Assembly (NCBI GenBank): GCA_033551855.1
Contig: JAWSUI010000006.1
Span: 11,189-75,188, forward strand
DNA from: Deferrisomatales bacterium
GTDB lineage: Bacteria; Desulfobacterota; Deferrisomatia; Deferrisomatales; JACRMM01
Direction: 5' to 3'
DNA length: 64,000 nucleotides
Shown: positions 50,782 to 61,186 of the stretch, in pieces
How the letters are laid out: every line of letters starts with the position of its first letter
Position numbering within the stretch: position 1 is the stretch's first letter
Notes under the pieces: generated by a model
Told to the model about the DNA's origin: nothing
What the model saw: only the letters and a program-made list of their open reading frames with translations
Database searches by the model: none
Program-made: the position numbers and the translations under genes

Positions 50782-51426
50782 ATGCAAATTCGATTTCAAG
50801 GCGTTCCCGCTCTTGCCACAGCACTACTCGGATTGCTCATCATCCTGCCCGCTTGCGCAACCACCGGGCGGGATCGGGCCACAAAGACAACTGCGTCGAT
50901 AACGGCTGTGGAATCAGACTACAAGGAAGCTTCGAATCAAATTGATGCAACCAATTCATCGTTGCTGGAGCTTATCCAACCTATCCAGCAAAACGTAAAA
51001 AAAGCCTACAGTGATTACGCTGCCAACGTGAATAAGACCGAGAAGCTGGCCACGCAGCTGCACCGCCACACAGAACAGATGACCCTACGACGCGATGCCT
51101 ACTTCACCGAGTGGGAAGGTGAGTACACGAGCCCCGCGATCCGGGAGCTCGGGGAACGGCGCCGTATGGAGCTGAAGGCGGTGTACGCGCAAATCCCCGA
51201 GGCCAGCATTGGACTCAGGGGCGACCTCGCGTCCTATGTCACGGATATCCGGGAGATCGAGATGTATCTCTCGAACGACCTCACGCCCCAGGGAATCCAA
51301 GCCATCCGGCCGATCGCCCAGAGGGCGGTGAAGGACGGCGAGAGCGTGAAGGAGGGGATTCACCGCGTTCTGCTCGCCATCGGCCGCGTCCAAACCGAGA
51401 TGGGTCAAGGCGGAATGAAGCAGTGA
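50782..51426 (+). CDS. Helical lipoprotein (DUF2959-like)
   Basis: Lipobox LPAC; YFTEWE...YLSNDLTPQGI. Confidence 0.65.
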   Translation: MQIRFQGVPALATALLGLLIILPACATTGRDRATKTTASITAVESDYKEASNQIDATNSSLLELIQPIQQNVKKAYSDYAANVNKTEKLATQLHRHTEQMTLRRDAYFTEWEGEYTSPAIRELGERRRMELKAVYAQIPEASIGLRGDLASYVTDIREIEMYLSNDLTPQGIQAIRPIAQRAVKDGESVKEGIHRVLLAIGRVQTEMGQGGMKQ

Positions 51427-51709
51427 CCCCGGTGACGGCGGGGCGGATTCCGCCCGGCGCCCCGCCTGCGGGGTCGACAAGGATTCGAATCTTGCCCCCG
51501 TGGAGAAAGTGCAGACAGGTGTCAATCGGATAGAATTTGTAGCCACTTGGATATATCGATGCAATCCGTCGTTGACCGGGGGCCGATTTGCTGAAGAATC
51601 AAGAGTATCGACTGGTTTTCTCAACAAATCGACGGATGGATCTTTTCTTTGTATGTTTCTTTGATACTCAAGCGCTCCAATGGGTAACGCCACTTGGAAG
51701 GAGAAAACC

Positions 51710-51859
51710 ATGCTGTGGACAATTGTTGTAGTTCTGATCGTTCTGTGGCTTTTGGGCTTGGTGAGCAGCTACACCATGGGAGGCTTAATCCATGTTTTGC
51801 TGGTGATCGCCGTTATTGTGGTGCTGCTCAATCTGATTCAAGGCCGCAGGGTCCGGTAG
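51710..51859 (+). CDS. lmo0937-family small membrane protein
   Basis: MLWTIVVVLIVLWLLGLVSSYTMGGLIHVLLVIAV...; AAGGAG RBS; not in the ORF track. Confidence 0.85.
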   Translation: MLWTIVVVLIVLWLLGLVSSYTMGGLIHVLLVIAVIVVLLNLIQGRRVR

Positions 51860-51879
51860 GAGCCAGGAGGAGGGGCAAG

Positions 51880-52026
51880 ATGCTCACGACCATTGCGGTC
51901 GCCTTGGTTGTTCTCTGGTTTCTCGGTCTCGTCACCTCGTACACCATGGGCGGTCTGGTTCACATCTTACTCGTCATAGCAGTCGTCGTGCTCCTGATTC
52001 GTGTCCTTCAAGGACGGCGCCTGTAA
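51880..52026 (+). CDS. lmo0937-family small membrane protein (second copy)
   Basis: MLTTIAVALVVLWFLGLVTSYTMGGLVHILLVIAV. Confidence 0.85.
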   Translation: MLTTIAVALVVLWFLGLVTSYTMGGLVHILLVIAVVVLLIRVLQGRRL

Positions 52027-52160
52027 CCGCTCTTGGCGCATTGCACACAGAGAGCGAGGGGCAGAGTATCGATTTGATTGTTGGTCGCATTGTTGCGGTC
52101 CCTTCTTTGTGTGCCACCCGTTGCGCAGATGAGCACCCTCCTTGAATTGGAGACCGCGAA

Positions 52161-52382
52161 ATGAGCGCAGTCAAGATTGCCGCAATCGCGCTGATCGTGG
52201 CCGGAATCCTTGGATTGGTCTACGGCGGGTTCAGCTATACGAAGGGAACGCACGAGGCGAAGCTGGGACCGATCGAGCTGTCGGTGAAGGACCGCCAGCG
52301 GGTGAACGTCCCGGTTTGGGCCGGGGTCGGGGCCATCGTGGCCGGCGGTGCACTCCTGGTCTTTGGGGGCAGGAAAGGATAG
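52161..52382 (+). CDS. Small two-TM membrane protein
   Basis: TM-GGFSYTK..HEAKLGPIELSV-TM. Confidence 0.75.
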   Translation: MSAVKIAAIALIVAGILGLVYGGFSYTKGTHEAKLGPIELSVKDRQRVNVPVWAGVGAIVAGGALLVFGGRKG

Positions 52383-52517
52383 GCACCCCGTGGTTCGCCG
52401 AGTGGTTCGCCCGGCAGAGAGCTCCGGGTTCCCAGTAGCGGGGCAGAGGGCGCCTCGTGGGGCACGTGTGGACCGGAGTTCCGGGTCTGGACCCCCGCGA
52501 AAGCGGGGAGCTGAAAG

Positions 52518-52779
52518 GGGTTCGTCCGCACAACTTGTGCGCCACGGAGGGCTTCCGTATCCACGCAACACGCCGACATGCCCCGTGTTTTCGCGGCTAA
52601 AGCCGCGTCCGCGCAGCCGGACGTGGTCTTGGATCCGGTAGGGACGCCTCGCCGAGGCGTCCGTCGGGGTCCGTCGGGGTCACCATCCAAGAGCACGGCG
52701 CGTTCGGCGACCGCGCCCTACCCTCCGACGTCATCCGTGAAGGGAAGAGGGACAACCCACAGATTCCGCGGACGAACCC
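52518..52779. mobile_element. 262-bp MITE with 12-bp terminal inverted repeats and 6-bp target-site duplication
   Basis: TIR GGGTTCGTCCGC / GCGGACGAACCC; TGAAAG on both flanks (52512-52517, 52780-52785). Confidence 0.75.
52637..52722. repeat. Inverted GTAG-type REP doublet
   Basis: GGTAGGGACGCCTCGCCGAGGCGTCC ... GGCGCGTTCGGCGACCGCGCCCTACC. Confidence 0.65.
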
Positions 52780-52799
52780 TGAAAGGCGACGTGGGTAGC

Positions 52800-53795
52800 A
52801 TGCGGGAAGGAAAGCTTCTGGCATGGGCACTCCTGGTGGTGGCACTTGGTTTCGGGTGCCTTCGCAGCCCCCAGGAGCTCTCCCGAGAGCACAAGGACCG
52901 GGCGCAGGCCTTGGCCGGCAAGTTCCGGGAAGCCTCCGTGGAATACCAGGCCGCGCTCCAGAGGGACCCGGGTGACGTGGAAGCCCTGTTCGGGCTCTCC
53001 CACGTCCTGGACCTCCTGGGACGCCAGGCGGAGAGCGCCCGAGTTCTCCGCAGGGCGATTGCCGCCGAACCCGACAACACCGCGGCCCGTTTGCGTCTCG
53101 CGGAAATCTCGCTGCGCGCCTGCAACTACGCCGAGGCCCTGGGGCTCGCGAGACAGGTTTCGGCCGTCAACCCCGACGACGCCGTGGCCGTTCGGCTGGA
53201 AGCCAGGGCACTGACTGCCTTGGGAGAGCGAGATCCGGCGCGGCTTCGCTGGGAGGCATTGCTCGCTTCGTCCCGGGCGGACACGGCCGCCTACCTCGAT
53301 GCGGCAGCGATGGAAGTCTCGGCCGGAGAGGCCCATCGGGCCGCGGAGCTCTTGCGGGAGGGGCTGGAGAAGTTCCCCGGTTCGGGGCCCTTGCACGTTG
53401 CGCTCGGGGGCATTCTCGCCGAAACAGAGCCCCAGGAGGCGAGGGCCCTGTTCGCGCGTGCCGAGGCTCTTGCCCCCGACGAGGCTCGGGTCTGGGTGAG
53501 CCACGCTCGGGCCCTGGTGCGCCAAGGTGTTCCAGACGAGGGCGTGGCCCTGCTCGCCCAGGCGCAGCGGGCACAGACCGAGCCGCTCCGGGAGGCGGAG
53601 CTGGCCCGGGAACGGGCCCGACTGCTGCTGGAGTTGGGCGAGGGGAGACAGGCCCAGGCCGTGCTCGACGAGGCCCGGGCGCGGCATCCCGAGCACCCCG
53701 GCCTCGCGGTGACCCTGGCCGACGCCCTCATCCTGCAAGGCCGGACCGCCGAGGCCCGCGAGCTCGTAAGACCCGAGTTTGACAGCCGATGCTGA
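52800..53795 (+). pseudogene. TPR-repeat lipoprotein, probably 3'-truncated by IS insertion
   Basis: Lipobox-like FGC; serial TPRs; frame runs into the IS end (CCCGAGTTTGACAG at 53772) and stops. Confidence 0.65.
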
Positions 53796-54505
53796 CATGT
53801 GGTCGAAATCCCGAGGCATACCGGTGCCTTGCACGCAGGGGCGTTTCCGGTCGTGTATGTAGGCGGTCAGCCGACCCGGAGGATCTCGGGGGGATTGTGG
53901 ATCGCGAGGGATTTCAGGCGGTTGCGTGCTTCGGAGCGGGCCTCGGTGATCTGCCAGACGCTGCCGTGGGGGCTCGACAATTGAGCAAGCTTGATCTGCT
54001 TGAGGTCGTCGCGGATGTTGCGCCAGGTGTCCTGACAGGCGTGCTCCGCGGCCCGCTCCAGGAGCAGCGACAGAACCGTCAGCGCCACGTGGGCGTGGAT
54101 CCGGTGGGGAGCCCAGTGGAAGACGGGCCGGAGCTTGAGGCCGCTCTTGAGAGTGCGCCAGGCCTCCTCCACCCGCATGAGCTGCTTGTAGCCCAGGGCG
54201 AGATCTTCGGCGTGGAGAGTATCGTCGTTGGAGTGGACGACGAACTTCCCGTCGAGGCGCTCGGCGGCGCGCACCTTGGCCCAGGCGATGGAGAGCTGGC
54301 CCGTCTTGCTCTGCCGGAGGTACTTGCCGTAGCGCCCACTGGCTCGCAGCTCGCAGGCCCGCTTGCTGTGCGGCTGCCCCGCGAGGTGTCGCAGAGAGGA
54401 GAGCTCCGCCTCGAGCGCGCCGAGCACCTTGTCCCGGTGGGCCCGCTGGCGCGCCTCTTCCCGGGGGTTGTGGCACACGACGCAGCGGCGCCGGCGCTCG
54501 CAGCT
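53772..54505 (-). mobile_element. IS1634-family element fragment (C-terminal transposase, 53867-~54500, plus right end)
   Basis: DGKFVVHSN...YKQLMRVEEAWRTLKSGLKLRPVFHW...RIHAHV; N-terminal part absent. Confidence 0.8.
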
Positions 54506-54702
54506 GGGCGCCCCTACGGGTGAAGCGGCCGTATTCCCGAGCTCTCAGCCGCTACGCGAACCCACACGGATCGGAACAGAGCCCGGAAACCTCGTGACTG
54601 CCGCCGAACGGGGGGGCGGAGCCCTTGCCCCCCCGGCATGGCCGACCCCGATGGTCTGACGCGGATGGACTCCGAGATGCTGAGTCACAGAGGGAGGGCA
54701 CC

Positions 54703-56118
54703 ATGGGTCAGAGCAAAGATGTCATCATCATAGGTGCGGGGACCGCGGGGCTTTCCGCGTTGCGCGAGGTGCGCAAACGCACCGATAGTTTTCTCCTGAT
54801 CAATGACGGACCTTACGGAACCACCTGTGCGCGAGTAGGCTGCATGCCGTCCAAGGCGCTCATTGAAGCGGCCAACGCTTTTCATCGGCGCCACGCGTTT
54901 GAGGCCTTCGCCATTCGCGGCAGCGAGCATTTGCAGATGGATGTGCCGGGTGTGTTGCGGCGTGTTCGCGCCTTGCGCGACGAATTCGTGGCCGGGGTAC
55001 TCAAGGGCACGCAAGATCTGGGAGAGAAGAATCTGGCGGGACGTGCGCGTCTGCTTGGACCCAATCGTGTCGAGGTCAACGATCGGCAATTCGACGCCCG
55101 AAGCATCATTGTCGCAACGGGAAGCCGCCCCATCATACCAAAGCCATGGAAAGCGTTCGCAGAAAGAATCCTCACATCGGACAGTCTGTTTGAACAGAGG
55201 GATCTTCCGCGACGAATTGCGGTTATCGGTCTGGGTGTGATCGGTGTTGAAATCGCCCAGGCATTGTCGCGCCTCGGGATAGAGGTCACAGCCTTTGAAG
55301 CCGGCAGGCAGCTTGCCGGTCTGAGCGACCCGCAGGTCAATGCCGCTTTTTCCAAGCATCTCCAGCAGGAGTTTCCCTGCCACCTTGGCTCTGAGGCCCA
55401 GGTCACGGCAACCGCCGATGGTCTCCTGGTCAGAAATCAGGAGCATGAGATCGAGGTGGACAAAATACTGGTGGCGATCGGTCGCCAATCCAACATCGAT
55501 GATCTCGGCCTTGAAAACCTTGGGGTCGCCCTGGATCAGCGAGGGATGCCGCCCTTCGATCCGACGACCATGCGGATCGCAGAGCTGCCGGTCTTTCTTG
55601 CCGGCGACGTCAACGGACAGGTTCCCCTGTTGCACGAAGCTGCGGACGAAGGTCACATCGCCGGACTCAACGCAACCCGAGAGACCTGTCACTGTTTCAC
55701 GCGCCGAACGCCACTGGCCATCGTTTTTTGCGATCCCAATGTGGGGATGGTGGGTCAACGTTTCGAGAAGGTGGATGCGAGCTCCGCAATCACCGGGGAA
55801 GCCGACTTCACAAGGCAGGGCCGGGCACGAACGGCTGAAAGCAATAAAGGGCTGATGCACATCTATGCGGAAAAATCGAGCGGACGTCTGCTGGGTGCCG
55901 AAATGTGCGTGCCGGCCGCTGAGCACATGGTGCACCTGCTGGCCCTGGCGATTGAGCGCAACCTGACCGTATGGGAGCTGCTGCGTCTGCCGTTCTACCA
56001 TCCGGTTCTGGAGGAAGGCCTGCGCGGCGCGCTGCGCCAGCTGGCGCAACAACTGCCGGCGGGCGATGAATCGGACCTGGCAACATGCGGCTCATTTCGT
56101 TGTGAGGCCCTTGACTGA
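54703..56118 (+). CDS. Dihydrolipoyl dehydrogenase family flavoprotein
   Basis: GAGTAG, GTTCARVGCMPSK redox disulfide, GLGVIG, YHPVLEE. Confidence 0.9.
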   Translation: MGQSKDVIIIGAGTAGLSALREVRKRTDSFLLINDGPYGTTCARVGCMPSKALIEAANAFHRRHAFEAFAIRGSEHLQMDVPGVLRRVRALRDEFVAGVLKGTQDLGEKNLAGRARLLGPNRVEVNDRQFDARSIIVATGSRPIIPKPWKAFAERILTSDSLFEQRDLPRRIAVIGLGVIGVEIAQALSRLGIEVTAFEAGRQLAGLSDPQVNAAFSKHLQQEFPCHLGSEAQVTATADGLLVRNQEHEIEVDKILVAIGRQSNIDDLGLENLGVALDQRGMPPFDPTTMRIAELPVFLAGDVNGQVPLLHEAADEGHIAGLNATRETCHCFTRRTPLAIVFCDPNVGMVGQRFEKVDASSAITGEADFTRQGRARTAESNKGLMHIYAEKSSGRLLGAEMCVPAAEHMVHLLALAIERNLTVWELLRLPFYHPVLEEGLRGALRQLAQQLPAGDESDLATCGSFRCEALD

Positions 56119-56278
56119 GCCAAGAAACACCCGGCTATTCAAGAAGACAAGAGCCTCACAAATCTCCAGTCAGCTGATGGGAAGTTGCGTTCGAGCGGTC
56201 TGGTGCGCGAGGGGCCCGGAGAGCCTCACGGGGGCGGGGTGCCCCCCCTTCCCCCTCTTGGGGGCTTCGCTGCCCTTT

Positions 56279-56833
56279 TTACAGACCGGCAATTTCGAGC
56301 GCAATCAACAACAACACCAGTCCAACGGCCGCCGGAACGACCACCACCCAATCGTTGACCTTGAAGAGGCGCGGCAGGGTTAGATCCCCAAAGTCACCTT
56401 TGGTCAGAATGCCTGACTTGAGCCTCGGGTAGCGCGCTGCAAACAGGCCGCTGCCGATGGTGATACCGGCCAAGCCCCCCACAAGGGCATCGAGATAGCC
56501 GTTGCCGACCGCACCGGCAATGGTGCCCGGGCAATAGCCAAGCACGGCAAACCCCACCCCGAAAATCAGACCGCCGACAACGTTTATGCCGAGTGACCCC
56601 GACTTGATGGACAGCTCGATCCAGCCGAGGTTCTTCATGGCATAAACGCCGAGCATGCCTGTCACCACCGCCGACAGCATGATTTTCAGCACGGTAAAAT
56701 CCGTTAGAAGCAATTGGCCCAGAATTACATCGTATTTCGTGGCCCCCCCCTTGTGCAGCAGAAAGCCGAAAACGATGCCGAACAGCAATCCAAACGCCAG
56801 TGGGGCCTTGGCCGATTGTTTTTGTTTCCGCAT
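56279..56833 (-). CDS. YeeE/YedE family sulfur transporter, second half
   Basis: GLLFGIVFG...GGLIFGVGFAVLGYCPGT. Confidence 0.85.
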   Translation of the reverse strand: MRKQKQSAKAPLAFGLLFGIVFGFLLHKGGATKYDVILGQLLLTDFTVLKIMLSAVVTGMLGVYAMKNLGWIELSIKSGSLGINVVGGLIFGVGFAVLGYCPGTIAGAVGNGYLDALVGGLAGITIGSGLFAARYPRLKSGILTKGDFGDLTLPRLFKVNDWVVVVPAAVGLVLLLIALEIAGL

Positions 56834-56844
56834 CACTCTCACCC

Positions 56845-57363
56845 TCAGCCGATGACGTGAAAGATGAATGTGGCCGTCAGAGTCCCGCCGATAAAGAAGC
56901 AGACAGTGGAAATCCAACTCGACACCGCCAACTGCAAGGTGCCGCTGATGCCGTGGCCGCTGGTGCAGCCGTTGGACCAGCGTGCGCCAAAACCAAGGAC
57001 GATGCCGCCCAGCAACGCCACCATCAGGCGCAGCAGGGCGTTGTCGCCAAAGGTCGCCGCCCACCGATCAGGCACCCATTGCCCCTGAAAATCCCCGGAA
57101 AGCAGCGCCGACAGCAGCGCTCCGAGCACAATGCCGCTCACCAGCATGCCCTGCCAGCCCCAGGAGAGCTTGATTTCCCGATAGTAGAGCTTGTCCTCGA
57201 CCTGCGCGCCCCGCACCAGCCGTTCCAGCAGGCCGCTGGCGCGGGCAAAGGTGGTGGAGCAGGCAATGGGTTGCTTCGAGATCAGAAAAGTAAACCAGCT
57301 CAACACGCCGATACCGATCCCCACGACGTAGGGCGACCAGCGCAGCCCGGTTAGAAATTCCAT
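56845..57363 (-). CDS. YeeE/YedE family sulfur transporter, first half
   Basis: WSPYVVG...GFGARWSNGCTSGHGISG. Confidence 0.88.
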   Translation of the reverse strand: MEFLTGLRWSPYVVGIGIGVLSWFTFLISKQPIACSTTFARASGLLERLVRGAQVEDKLYYREIKLSWGWQGMLVSGIVLGALLSALLSGDFQGQWVPDRWAATFGDNALLRLMVALLGGIVLGFGARWSNGCTSGHGISGTLQLAVSSWISTVCFFIGGTLTATFIFHVIG

Positions 57364-57375
57364 GACACCCCCTTC

Positions 57376-58824
57376 TCAGATCCAATGCGTTTCTTGGTCC
57401 ATCACCCCGGAGTAGAATCGCGATCCGTGCGGATTCTCGCAGGCGCGGCACTGTTTGGCATAACCGGCGGCACTGTAGCCCGTCATGCCGCCGGCGACGT
57501 TGGCGACAGCCTTGAACCCATGCTGCAGCAGGATGCTCACCCCGAGACTCGAACGATTGCCGGAACTGCAGATCAACAAGGTCGGCAGGCTCTTGTCCAG
57601 CTCCCCGGAGCGGGTGCGCAGATCGGCCACCGGGATATTGCGCGCCCCTTCGATATGGCTGTCGTCAAACTCGCTCGGGGCGCGAACGTCCACCAACTGA
57701 AACGCCGCCGCCTCGCTCATTCTTGCATGAAGATCTTCCACGGAAAGCTGCGGCACGGCGCGCGACGGCAGCCCCGCCACGGCCCAGCCCGGAATGCCGC
57801 CGTCGAGATAGCCGACGATGCGGTCGACCCCCACGCGCCGCACCCGGCGATTGGCCTCCAGGGCCTTCTGGTAATCCTCGGCCACGAGCAGGATGTCCTT
57901 GTCGGTGGGCAGCACCCACCCGGCAAAGGTGGGGAAGTTGCCGTTGAGATCGAGGTGCCAGGCATCCGGGATGTGCTGGCTGCCGAAGGCATGATAGCTG
58001 CGCGCATCGAGCACGAGCACATCGGATTGCGCCAGGCGCGCCTTGAACGACTTGGCGTCGAGCTCCTCGAGTACGGGAAGTTCGGCGATCAGACGGGGTC
58101 CCTTGCGGTTGATGTCGCTGCAGCGGCTGAAATGATCTGGCGCGGGCGGCATGTCTTCCGTCAGGGACTTGATGAAAGCGGCCTTGTCCTGAATCTGCAG
58201 GGCCGCATTGAAGTTTCGTTCGTAGCCGATGGTGCTCATCTGCTTGGCGCCCATGGCGCGGCCACACAGGGACCCAGCGCCATGGGCCGGATAGACCTCG
58301 CAGCAATCGGGCAGCTTGAGCAGCTTGTCGCGGAGGCTGTGATAGAGCCTTGCGGCCAGCTCCTGGGCCCTGTCCGGAAACAGGTCGGGCCGCCCGACGT
58401 CACCGACGAACAGCGTATCGCCGACAAACACGCCGACGGGGCTTTCGGAGCGCGAGGTGTCCACCACCACATAGCTCAGATGCTCGGGCGTATGGCCCGG
58501 CGTCTCCAGAACCTGCAGGCGCATATCTTCCAGTTCGATTACGTCTCCTTCCACCAGAGGCACGTGCTCGAAGGTGCATTGCGCCGATTTCGCCACATAG
58601 ATTGTGGCTCCGGTCTTTGCCGCCAGCTCCATGTGCCCTGAGACGAAGTCGGCGTGCAGATGGGTTTGCAGGATGTGGGTTACTTTGACGCCCTGGGCAC
58701 GCGCGGCCTTAGTGTAGACTTCCACGTCGCGTTGCGGATCGATGACCGCGCAGTTCTTGCTGCCGGACAGGATGTAAGAGCTATGGGCGATCTTCTCCAC
58801 GAAAATATGTTTTAACAGCATCAT
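57376..58824 (-). CDS. MBL-fold persulfide dioxygenase-like protein with two rhodanese domains
   Basis: THLHADFVSG, TPGHTPE, GDVGRPDL, PAHGAGSLCG; C-terminal rhodanese CSSGNRS. Confidence 0.9.
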   Translation of the reverse strand: MMLLKHIFVEKIAHSSYILSGSKNCAVIDPQRDVEVYTKAARAQGVKVTHILQTHLHADFVSGHMELAAKTGATIYVAKSAQCTFEHVPLVEGDVIELEDMRLQVLETPGHTPEHLSYVVVDTSRSESPVGVFVGDTLFVGDVGRPDLFPDRAQELAARLYHSLRDKLLKLPDCCEVYPAHGAGSLCGRAMGAKQMSTIGYERNFNAALQIQDKAAFIKSLTEDMPPAPDHFSRCSDINRKGPRLIAELPVLEELDAKSFKARLAQSDVLVLDARSYHAFGSQHIPDAWHLDLNGNFPTFAGWVLPTDKDILLVAEDYQKALEANRRVRRVGVDRIVGYLDGGIPGWAVAGLPSRAVPQLSVEDLHARMSEAAAFQLVDVRAPSEFDDSHIEGARNIPVADLRTRSGELDKSLPTLLICSSGNRSSLGVSILLQHGFKAVANVAGGMTGYSAAGYAKQCRACENPHGSRFYSGVMDQETHWI

Positions 58825-58851
58825 GTCCTCCCTTGATGTGTACCTGGCGGC

Positions 58852-60642
58852 TTACAGATAAAAGACATAAAAGACGGTGACGACCACAAGAATAAATAGC
58901 AATGTCATGCCGCTGCCGGCCTTGAGATAGTCGCTGTTGCGATACCCTCCCGCCGAAATGAGCATGGCATTGACTTGATGGGTCGGCAGGATGAACGAAT
59001 TGGCGGTGCACACCGCCGCCATCAGCGCCAGGGCCCGCGGATCGAGCCCGCCCTGGTTCGCCATGCTCATGACCAGCGGCGCCAGCACGACGATGGCACC
59101 CACGTTGGAGATGAGCAGGGAGAAGGCGGTGGAGAGCGTCGCCACGCTCAGCACGAGAAAAACCGGATGGGCGCCCTGTACCAGAGCCATGAGCTGCTCT
59201 GCCAGCAGATCGGCCGTGCCCGTCTTCTGCATGGCCAGGCCCAACGGGATGAGCCCGGCGAGCAGGAAAACCACCTTCCAGTCGATGGCCTGATAGGCCT
59301 CCTGCATGCTGAGCACGCGCAGCAGCACCATGGCCAGGGCCCCGGTCAGAAACGCCACGGAGATGGGGGCGCCAGAAAACGCCAGCGCAATCGCCGCCAC
59401 AAAGCAGGCCGCCGCCGGCAGCGCTTTGGCGGGAGCCTTCTTCTCCGTGGTCAGGGGGGTGACGACCACGAAATCCGGAGTCTCCTTGAGCTCGACGATC
59501 TTTTCCCACAAGCCGTACACAAGGAAGGTATCGCCGGTGAGCACCTGATGATCGGAAAAGTCTCCGCGCAGGCCCTCGCCCTTGCTGAACACCATGACGG
59601 GTTCCACGGCATAGCGTTTGCGCAGGGAGAAAGTGCGGATGGACTGACCGACCATGGCGGACCGCGGGGGAATGACGACCTCGGCAAAGCCCGCCTGGCC
59701 GGGATCGCCGAGCCTGGCAAAACGCGCCGGATGCTCCTGGCGCAGCAACTCGAAATCGGCGGCAAAGCGCTCGACATCGGGGGGATCGCCCAGCAACGCC
59801 AGCAGTTGCCCCCCGGCAAAACGGGTCTCACGCCAAGGGGCGTACTCAACATGTTTGTCGTCGGAAAGCCCAAGGATGTTGAGGCGGTAGTCCCCCCACA
59901 CCCCTGCCTGCTCGGGCGTCTTGCCCTGCAACGGGCTACTGGCCGGAATGCGGTAATGGCAAATGTGATGCGGCAGGCGCAGGGCTTCGATGAGTTTTTC
60001 CTGTTCGGAGAGGCCTTGCCCCTCAGGGTGCGCCGCGGGCAGCACGAAGCGCCCGAACAGCACAAAATAGCCGATGCCCGCCGTCAGCAGGGCCAGCCCC
60101 ACGGGGGTCACGCTCAATAAGCCGAAGGGCTCCAGATCGGCGCCGCGCAGCAGATCGTTCATGAGGATCAGCGGACCCGAGCCCACCATGCTCAAGGTGC
60201 CGCCGAGGATGGCGGCAAAGCCGATGGGCATGATCAGGCCGGAGGCCGCCAGCTTGCGGCGCCGTGCGATATCGAGAACCCCGGGCAGAAAAAGCGCCAC
60301 CGCGCCGATATTCTGGATCAACCCCGACATGAGGCCGACCGGTACGGACACCAGGGCGACGATCTTCGAGCGCCTTTCACCGGCCACTCTGAGGATGGCC
60401 CGCGAAAAGCCGTCCATCAGACCGGTGCGCGCCACCCCTCGCCCCATGATCATGACCGCCATCATGGACACCACGGCATTGCTGGAAAAACCCAACAGGG
60501 CTTCCTGCGGCGCCAGAACCCCCGTCCAGGCGAGCGCCAGCAGACACAGGACGGCCACCACGTCGATGCGCAGCAGATCCAGCACCAGCAACACAACCGT
60601 TGCGGCCAGAATGCTCAACACGATCAGGATGGATGAATCCAT
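58852..60642 (-). CDS. SLC13/CitMHS-like permease with two TrkA-C domains
   Basis: GFSSNAV, LGGTLSMVGS, central RCK_C regions, ISNVGA, PTHQVN..GGY. Confidence 0.88.
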   Translation of the reverse strand: MDSSILIVLSILAATVVLLVLDLLRIDVVAVLCLLALAWTGVLAPQEALLGFSSNAVVSMMAVMIMGRGVARTGLMDGFSRAILRVAGERRSKIVALVSVPVGLMSGLIQNIGAVALFLPGVLDIARRRKLAASGLIMPIGFAAILGGTLSMVGSGPLILMNDLLRGADLEPFGLLSVTPVGLALLTAGIGYFVLFGRFVLPAAHPEGQGLSEQEKLIEALRLPHHICHYRIPASSPLQGKTPEQAGVWGDYRLNILGLSDDKHVEYAPWRETRFAGGQLLALLGDPPDVERFAADFELLRQEHPARFARLGDPGQAGFAEVVIPPRSAMVGQSIRTFSLRKRYAVEPVMVFSKGEGLRGDFSDHQVLTGDTFLVYGLWEKIVELKETPDFVVVTPLTTEKKAPAKALPAAACFVAAIALAFSGAPISVAFLTGALAMVLLRVLSMQEAYQAIDWKVVFLLAGLIPLGLAMQKTGTADLLAEQLMALVQGAHPVFLVLSVATLSTAFSLLISNVGAIVVLAPLVMSMANQGGLDPRALALMAAVCTANSFILPTHQVNAMLISAGGYRNSDYLKAGSGMTLLFILVVVTVFYVFYL

Positions 60643-60750
60643 GAGAAACCACGTTCTTCCACCTGGTGAGCACACAAGAGCGGCGGCCGCCTGGGGGTTG
60701 GAAGCCCTACTGCGAACCCGAGCTAGCCACCGTGTGATGTGACCCGCCTG

Positions 60751-61077
60751 CTACCCGAATTGGCGCGCGGCGGCGATCGCCTCCACCCCTTCCGTCGAGC
60801 TGATGGTGGCGAACCGGATGAGCGGCTTGCTGTCGAGCAGCTTCATGGCTCCGATCAGAACGCTGAAGTGCACGGACCGCAGATGGTCCTCCAGGGCTGC
60901 CCTGGTCGTCCACTCGTTCTTGAAGAAGAGCGTGTTGTCCGCTTCAGCGTCCACGTAACAGTTGCAGCAGATGCAGCCCTGCTCGCTCCGAATGGGCCCC
61001 ATGAGCGCTTTGAGCGTTTGCAGGATCTCCTTCCACTTCTCCGGCGGCACCGTCATATGGATCGTGGCGTCCATCAT
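60751..61077 (-). CDS. Antibiotic biosynthesis monooxygenase (ABM) family protein
   Basis: IRSEQGC...EWTTRAALEDHLRS.HF. Confidence 0.8.
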   Translation of the reverse strand: MMDATIHMTVPPEKWKEILQTLKALMGPIRSEQGCICCNCYVDAEADNTLFFKNEWTTRAALEDHLRSVHFSVLIGAMKLLDSKPLIRFATISSTEGVEAIAAARQFG

Positions 61078-61186
61078 CGGAGTGTTCCTTCCTGCGCGGG
61101 CTGCGGGCGTTCCACGGGAAGCGGCGCTGCCGGTGCCCATGGTCGGCATGTCAGCGGCAATACCCTGTCGCACAGTGGCCTGGAGA

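Noticed and set aside
51440..51500. tRNA-like GGATTCGAATC
   Set aside because: Just a palindrome/REP-like hairpin; no cloverleaf
52480..52790. c-di-GMP riboswitch upstream of the TPR gene
   Set aside because: A GAAA hairpin is present but GEMM consensus elements are missing; better explained by a MITE plus REPs
56120..56275. Group II intron domain V/VI remnant
   Set aside because: Only vague resemblance; no recognisable domain V stem and no RT gene
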